64,000 nucleotides of DNA from assembly GCA_963772365.1 (NCBI GenBank), contig CAVYXA010000001.1, positions 640,001 through 704,000 on the forward strand, given 5' to 3'. How positions within the stretch are numbered: position 1 is the stretch's first letter; the number at the start of each line of letters is the position of its first letter. Below, piece by piece: positions 51,596-61,915 of this stretch. The notes under the pieces are model-generated. The model was not told the origin of the DNA. It did no database searches and saw only the letters and a program-made list of their open reading frames with translations. This DNA comes from an uncultured Verrucomicrobiae bacterium (GTDB lineage: Bacteria > Verrucomicrobiota > Verrucomicrobiia > Chthoniobacterales > UBA10450). Position numbers and translations under genes: made by a program.

Positions 51596-52039
51596 CTATT
51601 GAACCTTTACGTCAACGACCTGCGGTTTGGCCGTTGGATTTTTGGGCAGATGGACTTTGAGCAGACCATCCTTGAACTCCGCCGCGATTTTCTTTTCGTC
51701 GGCGTCGTCAGGAAGAGTGAGGGTACGGAGGAATGTGCCATAGGACCGTTCGATCCTGTGGTATTTCTTTTCCTCATTCTCGGTCTTGCGCTCGCCGGAA
51801 ATGGAAAGGACGCCGTCCTCGACCATCACTTTCACTTCCTCTTTTTTCATCTCAGGCAAGTCCGCCTTCACCAGGTATTCCTTTTCATCTTCGGAGATAT
51901 CCACCGCTGGCGACCAATTCGGCAGGGTGAAATCACCGTTGCCGTTTGTCCGCTTGGGGAATGTGCCGAAGAAGCTGCTCAACCGATTCTGAACTTCGTC
52001 GAGCTCACGAAACGGGTTCCATAGTTCTAATGTTTTCAT
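51596..52039 (-). CDS. Hsp20 small heat-shock protein
   Basis: PAVDISE, ADLP, ERSYGTF.R...LP and FKDGLL.V.LPK; SD GAAAGGA. Confidence 0.95.
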   Translation of the reverse strand: MKTLELWNPFRELDEVQNRLSSFFGTFPKRTNGNGDFTLPNWSPAVDISEDEKEYLVKADLPEMKKEEVKVMVEDGVLSISGERKTENEEKKYHRIERSYGTFLRTLTLPDDADEKKIAAEFKDGLLKVHLPKNPTAKPQVVDVKVQ

Positions 52040-52156
52040 AGTTGATTCCTTTCTCTGCGTCCTAAACAAACAGTATCGACAACAAGTCTGCTCGACGCTC
52101 TTTGCGGAACGCTATGCATTTTTTGGCGAGCTCGGCGCATGTATTGCCGCCGCCTT

Positions 52157-53275
52157 TCATTCGCCATTGTGAACATGTGCTTCGCGAAACTTGTTTGTTT
52201 TGCGCCGCTCCGGAAATGGATGTGACGCAAGTTTCCGCTCTTTTCGACTCGGTTTGCCCGGCGCATTAAACACATTGGAATTTTTTTGCTGCGTTTTGGA
52301 TGGCTTTTCCGGGCGTTTGCTCGCGGACTCCTGGAACAAATTGGCCAGCCTGATTGCTCGATGGGACGGCACAACGATAACCGAGCATGGAGCGTTACGA
52401 ACAACATGCTCTGCCGTGCTGCCAATGAGTACATGCTTGAAACCGGTCCAACCGTGGGTGCCAGTAACGATCAGATCCACGTTGCCATCTTTCGCGGCAT
52501 TGGTGATCTCTTCGACGGGCCATCCCATCTTTACGACCGTTTCGAACTTCACGCCTCGGAAGTTCGCCGAACTTGTAAATTCTCGCATTTGTTGCTCGGC
52601 ACTTTCCCGCATTGCTTTTTCCATCGCTGAGAAATCGTACATCGCGTAGCCATCGGTGGTGTAAGTGTAACCGAGATAAAGCGCGTGAAATACAATCAAG
52701 CTGGCGCCGGTTTGTTCGGCTAACGCAATGGAATAATTGAGCGCTTCCATCGAGCAGTCCGAGAAATCTACCGGCACAAGAATCGTTTTTATCGTGATCC
52801 TCTCTTCCTTCGATCCTTCTTTCCTCTCTCGAACCACGAAAACGGGACAGGGCGAGTGCTGCACCACACGCTCCGCCGTGCTGCCGAGAAAAACATGCTT
52901 GAGGCCAGTGCGACCGTGCGTCGGCATGACCACAAGATCGGCCGGAATCTCCGCCGCGATCCGGCAGATTTGATCGAATGCCGGCGCTCCCTCTCGCAAA
53001 TGCGTCTTGTCGGATGAAAGACCACCCCTGCGGGCAATTTCTTTTAGTTCCTTGGCGAGAGCCTCCATTCGATAATCCTCGAATGCGATCGGTGGTCTGC
53101 CGGTAGAAAACACCGGTCCCATAAACCCGGCCGGGTATTGTGGCACATGTATGTGAGCGAGATGAATCGTTGCCCCCGATGGCGCCGCCAGACGCTTCGC
53201 CGTTTCAATTGCCTGGATCGACATCTCTGAGAAATCGATCGGCACCAGAATGTTTCGAGTCGGTTCCGTTTTCAT
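52157..53275 (-). CDS. Tandem universal stress protein
   Basis: Two ILVP.DFS ... THG.TG.KHV..GSTAE.VV..PC units. Confidence 0.93.
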   Translation of the reverse strand: MKTEPTRNILVPIDFSEMSIQAIETAKRLAAPSGATIHLAHIHVPQYPAGFMGPVFSTGRPPIAFEDYRMEALAKELKEIARRGGLSSDKTHLREGAPAFDQICRIAAEIPADLVVMPTHGRTGLKHVFLGSTAERVVQHSPCPVFVVRERKEGSKEERITIKTILVPVDFSDCSMEALNYSIALAEQTGASLIVFHALYLGYTYTTDGYAMYDFSAMEKAMRESAEQQMREFTSSANFRGVKFETVVKMGWPVEEITNAAKDGNVDLIVTGTHGWTGFKHVLIGSTAEHVVRNAPCSVIVVPSHRAIRLANLFQESASKRPEKPSKTQQKNSNVFNAPGKPSRKERKLASHPFPERRKTNKFREAHVHNGE

Positions 53276-53488
53276 GGTTTAATCATCGCTACCCGGCAGT
53301 TCGCTGCTCAGCGTGATTTGCGAAAACCGAAGCGTTTTTTGTCCGGTTCGGGCGCGGCCTTGGCTGCTGCTGGTCCATGCCGGTGAATGCCGAGGGCAAA
53401 TCGTTGCGTCGAGTATCAGTCGACAGCAAACTGACTTTTCAGATTTCAACTCTTGGGCATTGTCACCGCAGTCAGACGTGGCGGCGTG

Positions 53489-53950
53489 TCAGGCGATCTC
53501 GCGCAAAAGGCCATCGATCGTCGCATCGAAGACCGCCAAATGGAAAGGCTTCATGATTACTGTCGCGTCCACCCGCTTAAAGAAAAACTCGATGGCCGGA
53601 TTGTTCCGATGGCCGGTAAAGAAAATGAAACGCTGGGCACTGGCCGGCCGCACCCGCGTAACCGCCCAGTAAAACATTTCGCCTCCCATCCGCGGCATCA
53701 TCATGTCGCAAATTATGATATCGAACGGGGTCTTCGTGATCTCGCGCAGGCCTTCAACGCCGCTGGGAACCGAGATCACCTCAAAACCACGGGAAGCGAG
53801 ATGCTCCCGCAGAACCTCTCGGAAATCATCGCGGTCTTCCAGGAGCAAAACCCTCCGGAGTGGCCCGGCGCCTTCCGGGGAAAGGTCAATATCGATCGTG
53901 ACAACCTTCTCGGGATTACCGTAGAAAGTTGTTGGTCGTCGTCGAGGCAT
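53489..53950 (-). CDS. Single-domain response regulator
   Basis: LLED, ICDMMMP, FTG and KPF motifs. Confidence 0.88.
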   Translation of the reverse strand: MPRRRPTTFYGNPEKVVTIDIDLSPEGAGPLRRVLLLEDRDDFREVLREHLASRGFEVISVPSGVEGLREITKTPFDIIICDMMMPRMGGEMFYWAVTRVRPASAQRFIFFTGHRNNPAIEFFFKRVDATVIMKPFHLAVFDATIDGLLREIA

Positions 53951-54027
53951 AGCCGCAAGGCGATGAGCAGAAGTAGTGCCCTAAACCATCAATCATGCCG
54001 CTCTTGCAGCATCGGTTGAACTCCTTA

Positions 54028-54573
54028 ATGAGCAGCGTCGTTTTTCTCCGAGGCGTGAATGTCGGCGGCGCGAATCTCTGCAAACCTGCTCAGCTCGCCA
54101 GGCAATTGGCGAAGTTCGACATCGTCAACATCGGCGCGGTCGGCACGTTCATCGTTCGCGAGAATGTGAGCGAGTCGGCGTTGCGCGCCACTTTCGCGCG
54201 TCAACTCGCGAAAGATTTCGGAATTCGATGCGAGATCATGATCGTTCCCGCTAAATCGGTTGTCGATCTTGTCAGAAAAGATCCATTCCCGGGGCAATCT
54301 TCTGACGCGGAAATAACCCGCTTCGTGAGCGTATTACGAAAACCGGCGAATCCGTCACTTGCCACTCGCCATTCCTCACTCTGTTTACCATCAGAAAAAG
54401 ATTGGCTGTTGAAAGTTATCGCGATCCAAAACCAATTCGTGATCGGCATTTATCGCCGGCAAATGAAAGCAATCAGTTATCTTGGCAGGATCGAGAAACT
54501 TCTCGGCGTGCCCGCCTCGACACGTTCCTGGAACACAATTCAAAAAGTCGTGCAGATCCTGGAGGGCGATTAG
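54028..54573 (+). CDS. DUF1697 family protein
   Basis: FLRGVNVGG, DPF and TRSWNTI.KV. Confidence 0.82.
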   Translation: MSSVVFLRGVNVGGANLCKPAQLARQLAKFDIVNIGAVGTFIVRENVSESALRATFARQLAKDFGIRCEIMIVPAKSVVDLVRKDPFPGQSSDAEITRFVSVLRKPANPSLATRHSSLCLPSEKDWLLKVIAIQNQFVIGIYRRQMKAISYLGRIEKLLGVPASTRSWNTIQKVVQILEGD

Positions 54574-54642
54574 GGACCGCACCGTGCCTTGAATGAACTA
54601 GGATTGCCGTTGCTTCACGTAACGGATTCATCCTTCATCCTT

Positions 54643-56022
54643 TCACTGCCCTTCCCAGGAAAGTCCTTCGGTCATCATTTTCACTTCACTGCCGCCGCTC
54701 GAAGGCTTAACAAAAATCGTCAGGCTCGCGTCGCCACGTTTTCTTCGCAGGATGGAAGATTGCGGCTGCACCATGTCCGCGCCCTGCTTCGCCCAGCCTT
54801 GGGCAGCCAGGTTCGCTGCCAACTCTGCGCAGGTTTTCCGTACGTCCGTTGTGCTTTTGAAATTTATCTGCTCCACAAGCGACTGATAGTTCACCTCGGT
54901 AGCATCTTTGGTTAACGCAAGGTCCTGAGCCTTTAGTCCGCCAGCAGCCGGTGTCGTTCCCGACTCGTCGTGGTCTTCGCCCAAACCGGCGATAGCGGGT
55001 ATCTCTTCGTCGGACTCGCTCGTCGGCTGCTTCTCCGCTTGCTCTGCATTGTTAGACTTCGCGGATTGCAACTCCTTTGGTATTTCTCCCAGGGGCGCGA
55101 CGAACTTCAACTGCACTTCCCATTTCTCGCCAAACGTTTCGACCGGCCCGTTCGTAGTGAGTTCGCCTTCGACTTTTCCATTCTCGTAATTGAAGCCGCT
55201 CGTCTGAATGGATCCGATGGAGCTGAAGTTCTTTTTCTCCAGAGCGCTGTGCACGACTTCGCAGCCATAGATGTCGCCGTCCTCGTGCAGAGAAATGATT
55301 AACGCGCTCCCAAATTTTCCGAACGAAGCGTTAAAGTCCGGCTTTGCATCTTTCGAATGATCCTTTTCCGTGAACACGAGCACGATCCCGGGCTTGTCAT
55401 CAAACGGTTCACCCCAACGCGCCGACACATACCCCAGTTTGGCGTTCTTGCCATTCCCCTTGAACATGCCGGTGACGGTCGGTTTCACGTTCGCCGCCGG
55501 ACCGTACTTTTTCCCCAATGAAGCGGCCAGTTCTTCGCCCGGTTTGATCGGGGCGACATTGAATCGGACGTCGAAGCCTTTCGGAATCATTCCGCTGGAA
55601 TCAATCGCAGCGCTGGCCTTGCCCATAAAGTATCCATCTTGGAGTTTGAATTTCCCCGTTCCCTCGCCACTCCCGCCAATGGACGTATTGCCGCCGGCCG
55701 CGCTCCAATATTTCAACTCTCCGGTTTTCTTGAATACCAATTTGAGGAATGGCTTGGGGAACTGACTGAATCCGCCGTCTTTTTCCGCGTCCAACGCCTT
55801 CTTCAACTGCGCGCCTGAGACTGGCTGTGCGGTCAACACGATCGCGACGTCTCCTTCGTCATCGGTGGCCGACTCGTAAGCGATCGCGTTTTTCAGCGTG
55901 AAGGTTTTCTTGCTCAGCATCAGCGTTCCCTCTCCCATTCTAGCCGGCCCTTCCTGCGCGAAAATCACCGCCGCATTCAGCGCAGTGATCGCACTCAGCA
56001 AACAAATGAATTTTTTGATCAT
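54643..56022 (-). CDS. Secreted hypothetical protein
   Basis: Signal peptide; 459-aa ORF; no family recognised. Confidence 0.75.
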   Translation of the reverse strand: MIKKFICLLSAITALNAAVIFAQEGPARMGEGTLMLSKKTFTLKNAIAYESATDDEGDVAIVLTAQPVSGAQLKKALDAEKDGGFSQFPKPFLKLVFKKTGELKYWSAAGGNTSIGGSGEGTGKFKLQDGYFMGKASAAIDSSGMIPKGFDVRFNVAPIKPGEELAASLGKKYGPAANVKPTVTGMFKGNGKNAKLGYVSARWGEPFDDKPGIVLVFTEKDHSKDAKPDFNASFGKFGSALIISLHEDGDIYGCEVVHSALEKKNFSSIGSIQTSGFNYENGKVEGELTTNGPVETFGEKWEVQLKFVAPLGEIPKELQSAKSNNAEQAEKQPTSESDEEIPAIAGLGEDHDESGTTPAAGGLKAQDLALTKDATEVNYQSLVEQINFKSTTDVRKTCAELAANLAAQGWAKQGADMVQPQSSILRRKRGDASLTIFVKPSSGGSEVKMMTEGLSWEGQ

Positions 56023-56253
56023 AAAAAGTTCCCTCTATCTGTGTTGAGACCGGCTTCAATACCGAATCTCAGCAAAGATGTCCAAGCCGTTATCCAGGAG
56101 CGTCGTCGATCTCCGTTCGCACATTTTGTCGGCTCGCGCGAATGTCCTCGTCCATACCCAACTCGGAAAGTGCGATTCCCTTTAGTTGCGACTCCCGTCG
56201 TTTCGCTTCGCGTACTTACTGCTCGCGTCCTGTTCGTCTGTTATCATTCGACC

Positions 56254-56703
56254 ATGATGTTCAAAGCTATTGCCCTTCTGCTCACCTTAACATCGACAAT
56301 CACCTTCGCGGGCGAGCTCTCCCCCAAAGAAGTTGTCGCGCAACTTTATAAGGCATACGGCACCGAACAGAGTTCGGACGGGGAGACACGGTTGTTTACC
56401 CGCTACTTCGATGACCAGCTCCTGAAGCTTTACTTGAAAGACAAACGAGAAGCGAAGGGCGAAGTCGGCCGTCTCGACGCCGATCCGCTTTACAACGCGC
56501 AGGAGGTCCAGATCACCGACTTCTCCATCTCGGAACCGAAAGTGTCTGGCAAAGAAGCGGTCGTGACTGTTCGCTTCAAGAATCTCGGCAAATCCGAGCG
56601 CGTCGAACACGTGCTACATCGAACCGTCCACGGCTGGAAGATTAGCGATATTTGCTACGACAACGGCTACTCCCTGAAGAAAATCCTCCAGGCTCCGCTC
56701 TGA
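56254..56703 (+). CDS. DUF3828 (YbjP-like) protein
   Basis: LDADPLYNAQ, V.V.F.N and GWKISDI motifs. Confidence 0.8.
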   Translation: MMFKAIALLLTLTSTITFAGELSPKEVVAQLYKAYGTEQSSDGETRLFTRYFDDQLLKLYLKDKREAKGEVGRLDADPLYNAQEVQITDFSISEPKVSGKEAVVTVRFKNLGKSERVEHVLHRTVHGWKISDICYDNGYSLKKILQAPL

Positions 56704-56788
56704 GCTTCGAAGATCGACAACTGCTTTTTGCACACCGCGGTCTGGCCGATCCCGGATTAGGCGGACCGCAACTCGTAGCCCTAACGAG

Positions 56789-57873
56789 TCAATCTTCGAG
56801 CGACTTCCAGGCAACGCGGCCTTTCCCGTCCGGCTCGATCGTAACCGCGATCCCATAAGAGCGTGCGAACCCCTTGATCTCGTGGAAAGTCTTGCCCGCA
56901 ATCTCTATCGGCACCTGTTTCTGTAATAGTTATGCTGCTTCAGGAAAAGGACGTTCGGCTTCCTCCATTCGACCGGTTCCGTGTAGAAATGGCCGGGGAT
57001 CGCCTCCTCAGTCTGCTTATCGGGGTTGGGCGCGCCCAGCTCAAGGTCGACCTTGCGAAAGCCATTCTCGAAATGCTGGTAAACTGCGGTCTGCCTGCGC
57101 AGCGGAGCGGGGCGCGGTGTGCTGAAGAGGTTGCCTTTATGTTCGGTCAAGTCACTGGAAAGACAGGCCACCCGCTGGGAGTCCGCCGACCAAAGCGCCT
57201 CACCTTCCCGGTCCGTTCCTGTGCCGATATCATCTGCAGTAAGATCGCAGATGACTCGCCCGCTCTGTTTCTCGATCAGCTCCGCCCGCACCACCTTTGA
57301 GCCCGGAAGTGGCAGGTCATCGCTAAAAACCTTGCGGACAGCATACGACCCGTTGGGCGAGACCCAGTCGATCATTTCGCGGCGAAAAAGTCGTTGAGCT
57401 GTTTGCGGAAAATATCGGCGAAGATACGCAGCGTCGGACGACAGATCCGTCCGACTTACGATTTCGCTGCGCACCATCATTTGAAACGGCATCGGCTGCG
57501 CGTCGAGAAAGCTGGCGAACTTATTATCTCCCAAGAGGTGATAGACCATACTCGGAACGCCAGCGATGCTCTCCGCCGCCGCGCCATCTGCGTCGTGAGC
57601 GAGCTGGAAAAATTGTCTTAACGCTTTCGCGTCGCCGCGAGCCGCCCGTCGGGTATCGCGCCCGTAACGAAATCCACGCGCCCGGGCAAACTCCTCGATC
57701 TCGGATGGTCCCGCCGGGTCGGGCTCATCGTTCGGCAGATCTTTGAAAGTAAATTGGCGACGGCCGTCCGTATCATCACCTTCACCCTTCGTCCCGCTCA
57801 GTGCCGGCGCGAGTGGCAACAGGCAAAGAATTATAACGAGCAGTCGCTGCGATTTGGCTCTAACTGCTTTCAA
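56789..57873 (-). CDS. Secreted hypothetical protein, probable 1-nt frameshift at ~56923
   Basis: ORF 56905..57873; adding one base extends it as QKQVPIEIAGKTFHEIKGF...AWKSLED to the stop at 56789. Confidence 0.65.
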
Positions 57874-59138
57874 TTCTCAAGTCTTTCATTTGCCACATCC
57901 CACGATCGCGTTTTGCCGTTGCGCAAGTTAAGCGTCACAAGGTGTTCGCTTGAGCCGGTCACGCCTTTTTCGGTTTCCTGCACGATACCGTAGAGCAATA
58001 GATAGTCGGTAGTTTCGAAGCGGTTCAGCAGATCATGAAAGGGCAGCGTCGCTGTCCATTGAGCTTTCAAGTTTTCATCGAGCCGGGTCAGCGCAAGCCG
58101 ACCTTCTTCTCCGAGCCGAGTACGACGCAAAACAAGGAAGCCTCCAGGCTCCTGCAAGCGCAAAGGCTGTTTCGTCCCCTGGCGAACCAACAATCCTGCC
58201 TCGAGAAATTCCGGCGCACCAGAAATCCGAGTGACATCGAAAAGCCGATCGTGCATTCCTTCGGTAAATTCTTTCGTCTTCCCGATGCGCGCACTCCAGA
58301 ACGTGCGACGCGCCTGACTCGTTTCGTAATAGACACGGTCCGGATTCGACCCGGGCTCGCCCGTGGCGATTTTATCGCCGAACTCATCGTCCCCCGCGTC
58401 GGCTGCCTCCTTCTCGTTAAAGAAACCAATCCAGTGGGCATTCAACATCATTTGCCGGACGAGAAAATCCCTGGTGTGATAACCGCCGTTCCAGCGCGTC
58501 GCCATGAATTGGACGTTGCGAAAATAGTCATCGTTAGGCGGGGTATAAGGCTCTGCCAGGTAATCCGAGCTTCGAATCTTGAAACGCCGCGCGTCCGCCG
58601 CGATCACGACCAGACCGTTGTCGTAAGCATAGAAATCGAGCTCCTTGGGAACAAGATCGCGCAGGCTCGGATTGCGTTCCTCGATCGTGCCCCGATCAGC
58701 CAGTTTGCTGCCGTCTTTGCTCGAGACCGCGACCGGGCCATCGTTTAAAAACAACCAGACGACGTCGCCTTCCTGTCCGAAAATTCGCGACTGCGCGGTG
58801 TGTCCGCCGGCGTCATCCTTCACCGTTAGCAACCGTTTTTTCCAAAGCCGTTCCGTCGTCACCGGATCATGGGCTTGCAAATCAAAATGATAATAAATCT
58901 CAGTCACCCATTTTCCGATCATGCGACTGCCACCGAGATGCCGGCTTCGTTGCTCCTCCTGCTTCAACATCAGCCAAAGACGCGATCCGCCGTCCTGTTG
59001 CACTAACGCCGGCGGACCTTCGCGTTCCGGTGGACGGAAGTCACTGTGATTGCACGACGAACCAGCACTCGCGACTGCCAGAATGCCGAGTCCGAAAAAG
59101 ACGCGCGTTTTTTTCTCCCTCCCGCTCCTCATCCGCAC
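57870..59138 (-). CDS. Exported hypothetical protein (possibly PA2928-like beta-propeller)
   Basis: Hydrophobic N-terminus with a Cys; Trp-containing beta-rich repeats; ATGA overlap with the downstream gene. Confidence 0.7.
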   Translation of the reverse strand: MRMRSGREKKTRVFFGLGILAVASAGSSCNHSDFRPPEREGPPALVQQDGGSRLWLMLKQEEQRSRHLGGSRMIGKWVTEIYYHFDLQAHDPVTTERLWKKRLLTVKDDAGGHTAQSRIFGQEGDVVWLFLNDGPVAVSSKDGSKLADRGTIEERNPSLRDLVPKELDFYAYDNGLVVIAADARRFKIRSSDYLAEPYTPPNDDYFRNVQFMATRWNGGYHTRDFLVRQMMLNAHWIGFFNEKEAADAGDDEFGDKIATGEPGSNPDRVYYETSQARRTFWSARIGKTKEFTEGMHDRLFDVTRISGAPEFLEAGLLVRQGTKQPLRLQEPGGFLVLRRTRLGEEGRLALTRLDENLKAQWTATLPFHDLLNRFETTDYLLLYGIVQETEKGVTGSSEHLVTLNLRNGKTRSWDVANERLEN

Positions 59139-59391
59139 AGTCTGATGATCCGCTGCCGGAGGTCAATCCTCGAATCAAAAATGGGGACGTCACTTTAGAA
59201 ATTTTTCGCTGGGTTGGCGTTGTTTGATAACTCGCAGGATTCCCGGAGGCCACGACATTATAGCTGACTACTTTTCGATTTTGACGTTTCTTCCCGTAAT
59301 AAAGCCGGCAGACACGCTGGCGAAGTCACCGATCCTGCAATCATGTTCGACTTGTGCGCCTGTTGCAAAAAATCGAGCGGAGAGACTAAAA

Positions 59392-59616
59392 TCATTCCTT
59401 TAGAGTTCTTGCCCAAGTTTTGATTTCTTCACCCACACGCGCGATCGGAACGCCTTTGCCGGCATCATGCTCAGCGGCGGCTTTGTCAAGGCACCCGAGC
59501 AAAACGTCATCCGCTGACGCTTTCACCTTGCGCGAGAGTTGAATCAGTTCGCCGACCTCGCGAATCTTTTTCTCGAAGGATTGATCCGCGAGCCGAGCCC
59601 ACATTTCACGTTTCAT
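59392..59616 (-). CDS. Small hypothetical protein (antitoxin-like C-terminus)
   Basis: ATGA overlap with the upstream gene; AEHDAGKGVP. Confidence 0.5.
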   Translation of the reverse strand: MKREMWARLADQSFEKKIREVGELIQLSRKVKASADDVLLGCLDKAAAEHDAGKGVPIARVGEEIKTWARTLKE

Positions 59617-59921
59617 CGCGAGTTACCGTTTCGCTTCGGGGGAAATTCACGGATGAATGACCAAGAAACTTCCGCGATTTCTCCGGTGTCATATTCGATC
59701 TTGAAGTGGGTTCGAAACTTCCTTGGGACGCTGACTCGTTTCGGGACCGCTACTCCCGAGATCTTGTTCGCTTTTTTGATCGTGCCGTGCGGTTCCAGAA
59801 AGGAAAGTCCGTCATCAAACTCGACGTCGAACGCGTCTTCCCAATCCAAATACCTCGCGTGTTTCAGGGGCGAATACTTCGCCTTCCCAAACGGTTTCTT
59901 TGCGGTGACAACGGTTTTCAC
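59613..59921 (-). CDS. Small hypothetical protein (possible DUF2442-like partner)
   Basis: GTGA overlap with the DUF4160-like gene; FDVEFDDG. Confidence 0.65.
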   Translation of the reverse strand: MKTVVTAKKPFGKAKYSPLKHARYLDWEDAFDVEFDDGLSFLEPHGTIKKANKISGVAVPKRVSVPRKFRTHFKIEYDTGEIAEVSWSFIREFPPKRNGNSR

Positions 59922-60117
59922 AATCGGCCTTCGTTCTTCAGTTCTTCGATTACTTTAATCAATTTTTGGCTTGGTTTCCACCCTTCGATTCCGCGCATTC
60001 GTTCAAGGTCGAGTCGGCCGAGAAAGCGATCTTTCGCATCATAGACGTGGACATGCCTCGGCCCGTGATCGCCGATAAACCATTCGATCCGATACCCGCG
60101 ACCAGAAGATCGCGCAT
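59918..60117 (-). CDS. DUF4160-like small protein, 1-nt frameshift at ~60095-60097
   Basis: Adding one G gives MRDLLVAGYRIEWFIGDHGPRHVHVYDAKDRFLGRLDL...; not in the ORF track. Confidence 0.7.
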
Positions 60118-60150
60118 CCCGTCAGGCTTGAGATCTAATAGATTCCTCGC

Positions 60151-60513
60151 GCGTTTTCCCAAACCGCGTCGCCGACTTCTCTAGGTCGATTCACAAAGCT
60201 TCACGACCTCCCGCCGTAAAGTTCGCTCCCTGCGAACCGCCTAACCGTTCGGAACCACCAGCAGCTAGCCCGGTGCGATGACCGGATCCGGTGGCATGAA
60301 CACGACAACGTAGTCGTCCTGAAATATGATCGCGACGCCTTTCGTTTCACCGCGCACCACCTGCGCGATTCCATTTTGCGGATCGTATTTGCCCCTCGAG
60401 TCCGGTATCAGTCCCGGAAGGGGGGAACGGTTTTCGGGAGAAAACTTTACGATGGGAGATCGCAACCGCAGGTTGTCGATCTAGGGAAATCGGCGACGCG
60501 CTTTGGGAAGGCG
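60151..60513. repeat. Imperfect ~80-bp inverted repeat pair (60151-60230 and 60436-60513)
   Basis: Shared blocks GGGAG, AACTTTACG, GGGAG.TCG, TCGA.CTAG, TCGGCGACGCG and TTTGGGAA in opposite orientation. Confidence 0.75.
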
Positions 60514-60575
60514 TGCACTCGCAGGAATTTGCCCGATGAGCGACCTGGTTTGCAAACAAAGGAGCGTACCTCGCT

Positions 60576-60687
60576 CCCATGGTAAATCACACCCTCGAAC
60601 TCTACCCGGACTTTCCTCGCCATTGCCGTCCTCATTGAGCCTTCGAAAACGGGAATGCAAGAAAAAAGGACTGACCCCCATTTTCCC
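60576..60687 (-). mobile_element. 5' remnant of a REP-associated tyrosine transposase (RAYT/Y1) with its upstream end motif
   Basis: ATG at 60623 gives MARKVRVEFEGVIYH, after which the resemblance stops; upstream AAAATGGGGGTCAGTCCTTTTTT motif. Confidence 0.6.
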
Positions 60688-61776
<1,089 letters not shown>

Positions 61777-61915
61777 GTTTGGCAGTGGGCCTGACTGTTA
61801 GACCGTTCGAGCGCCCGGCGCTCGGGCAGCCTGAGCGCCTCTTGCGCGGAGAAGATCGACGCGCCAATCGAGTGAACACGTTGCGGAAAATTCGAAGAGG
61901 GCAGAGGTTCACAAG

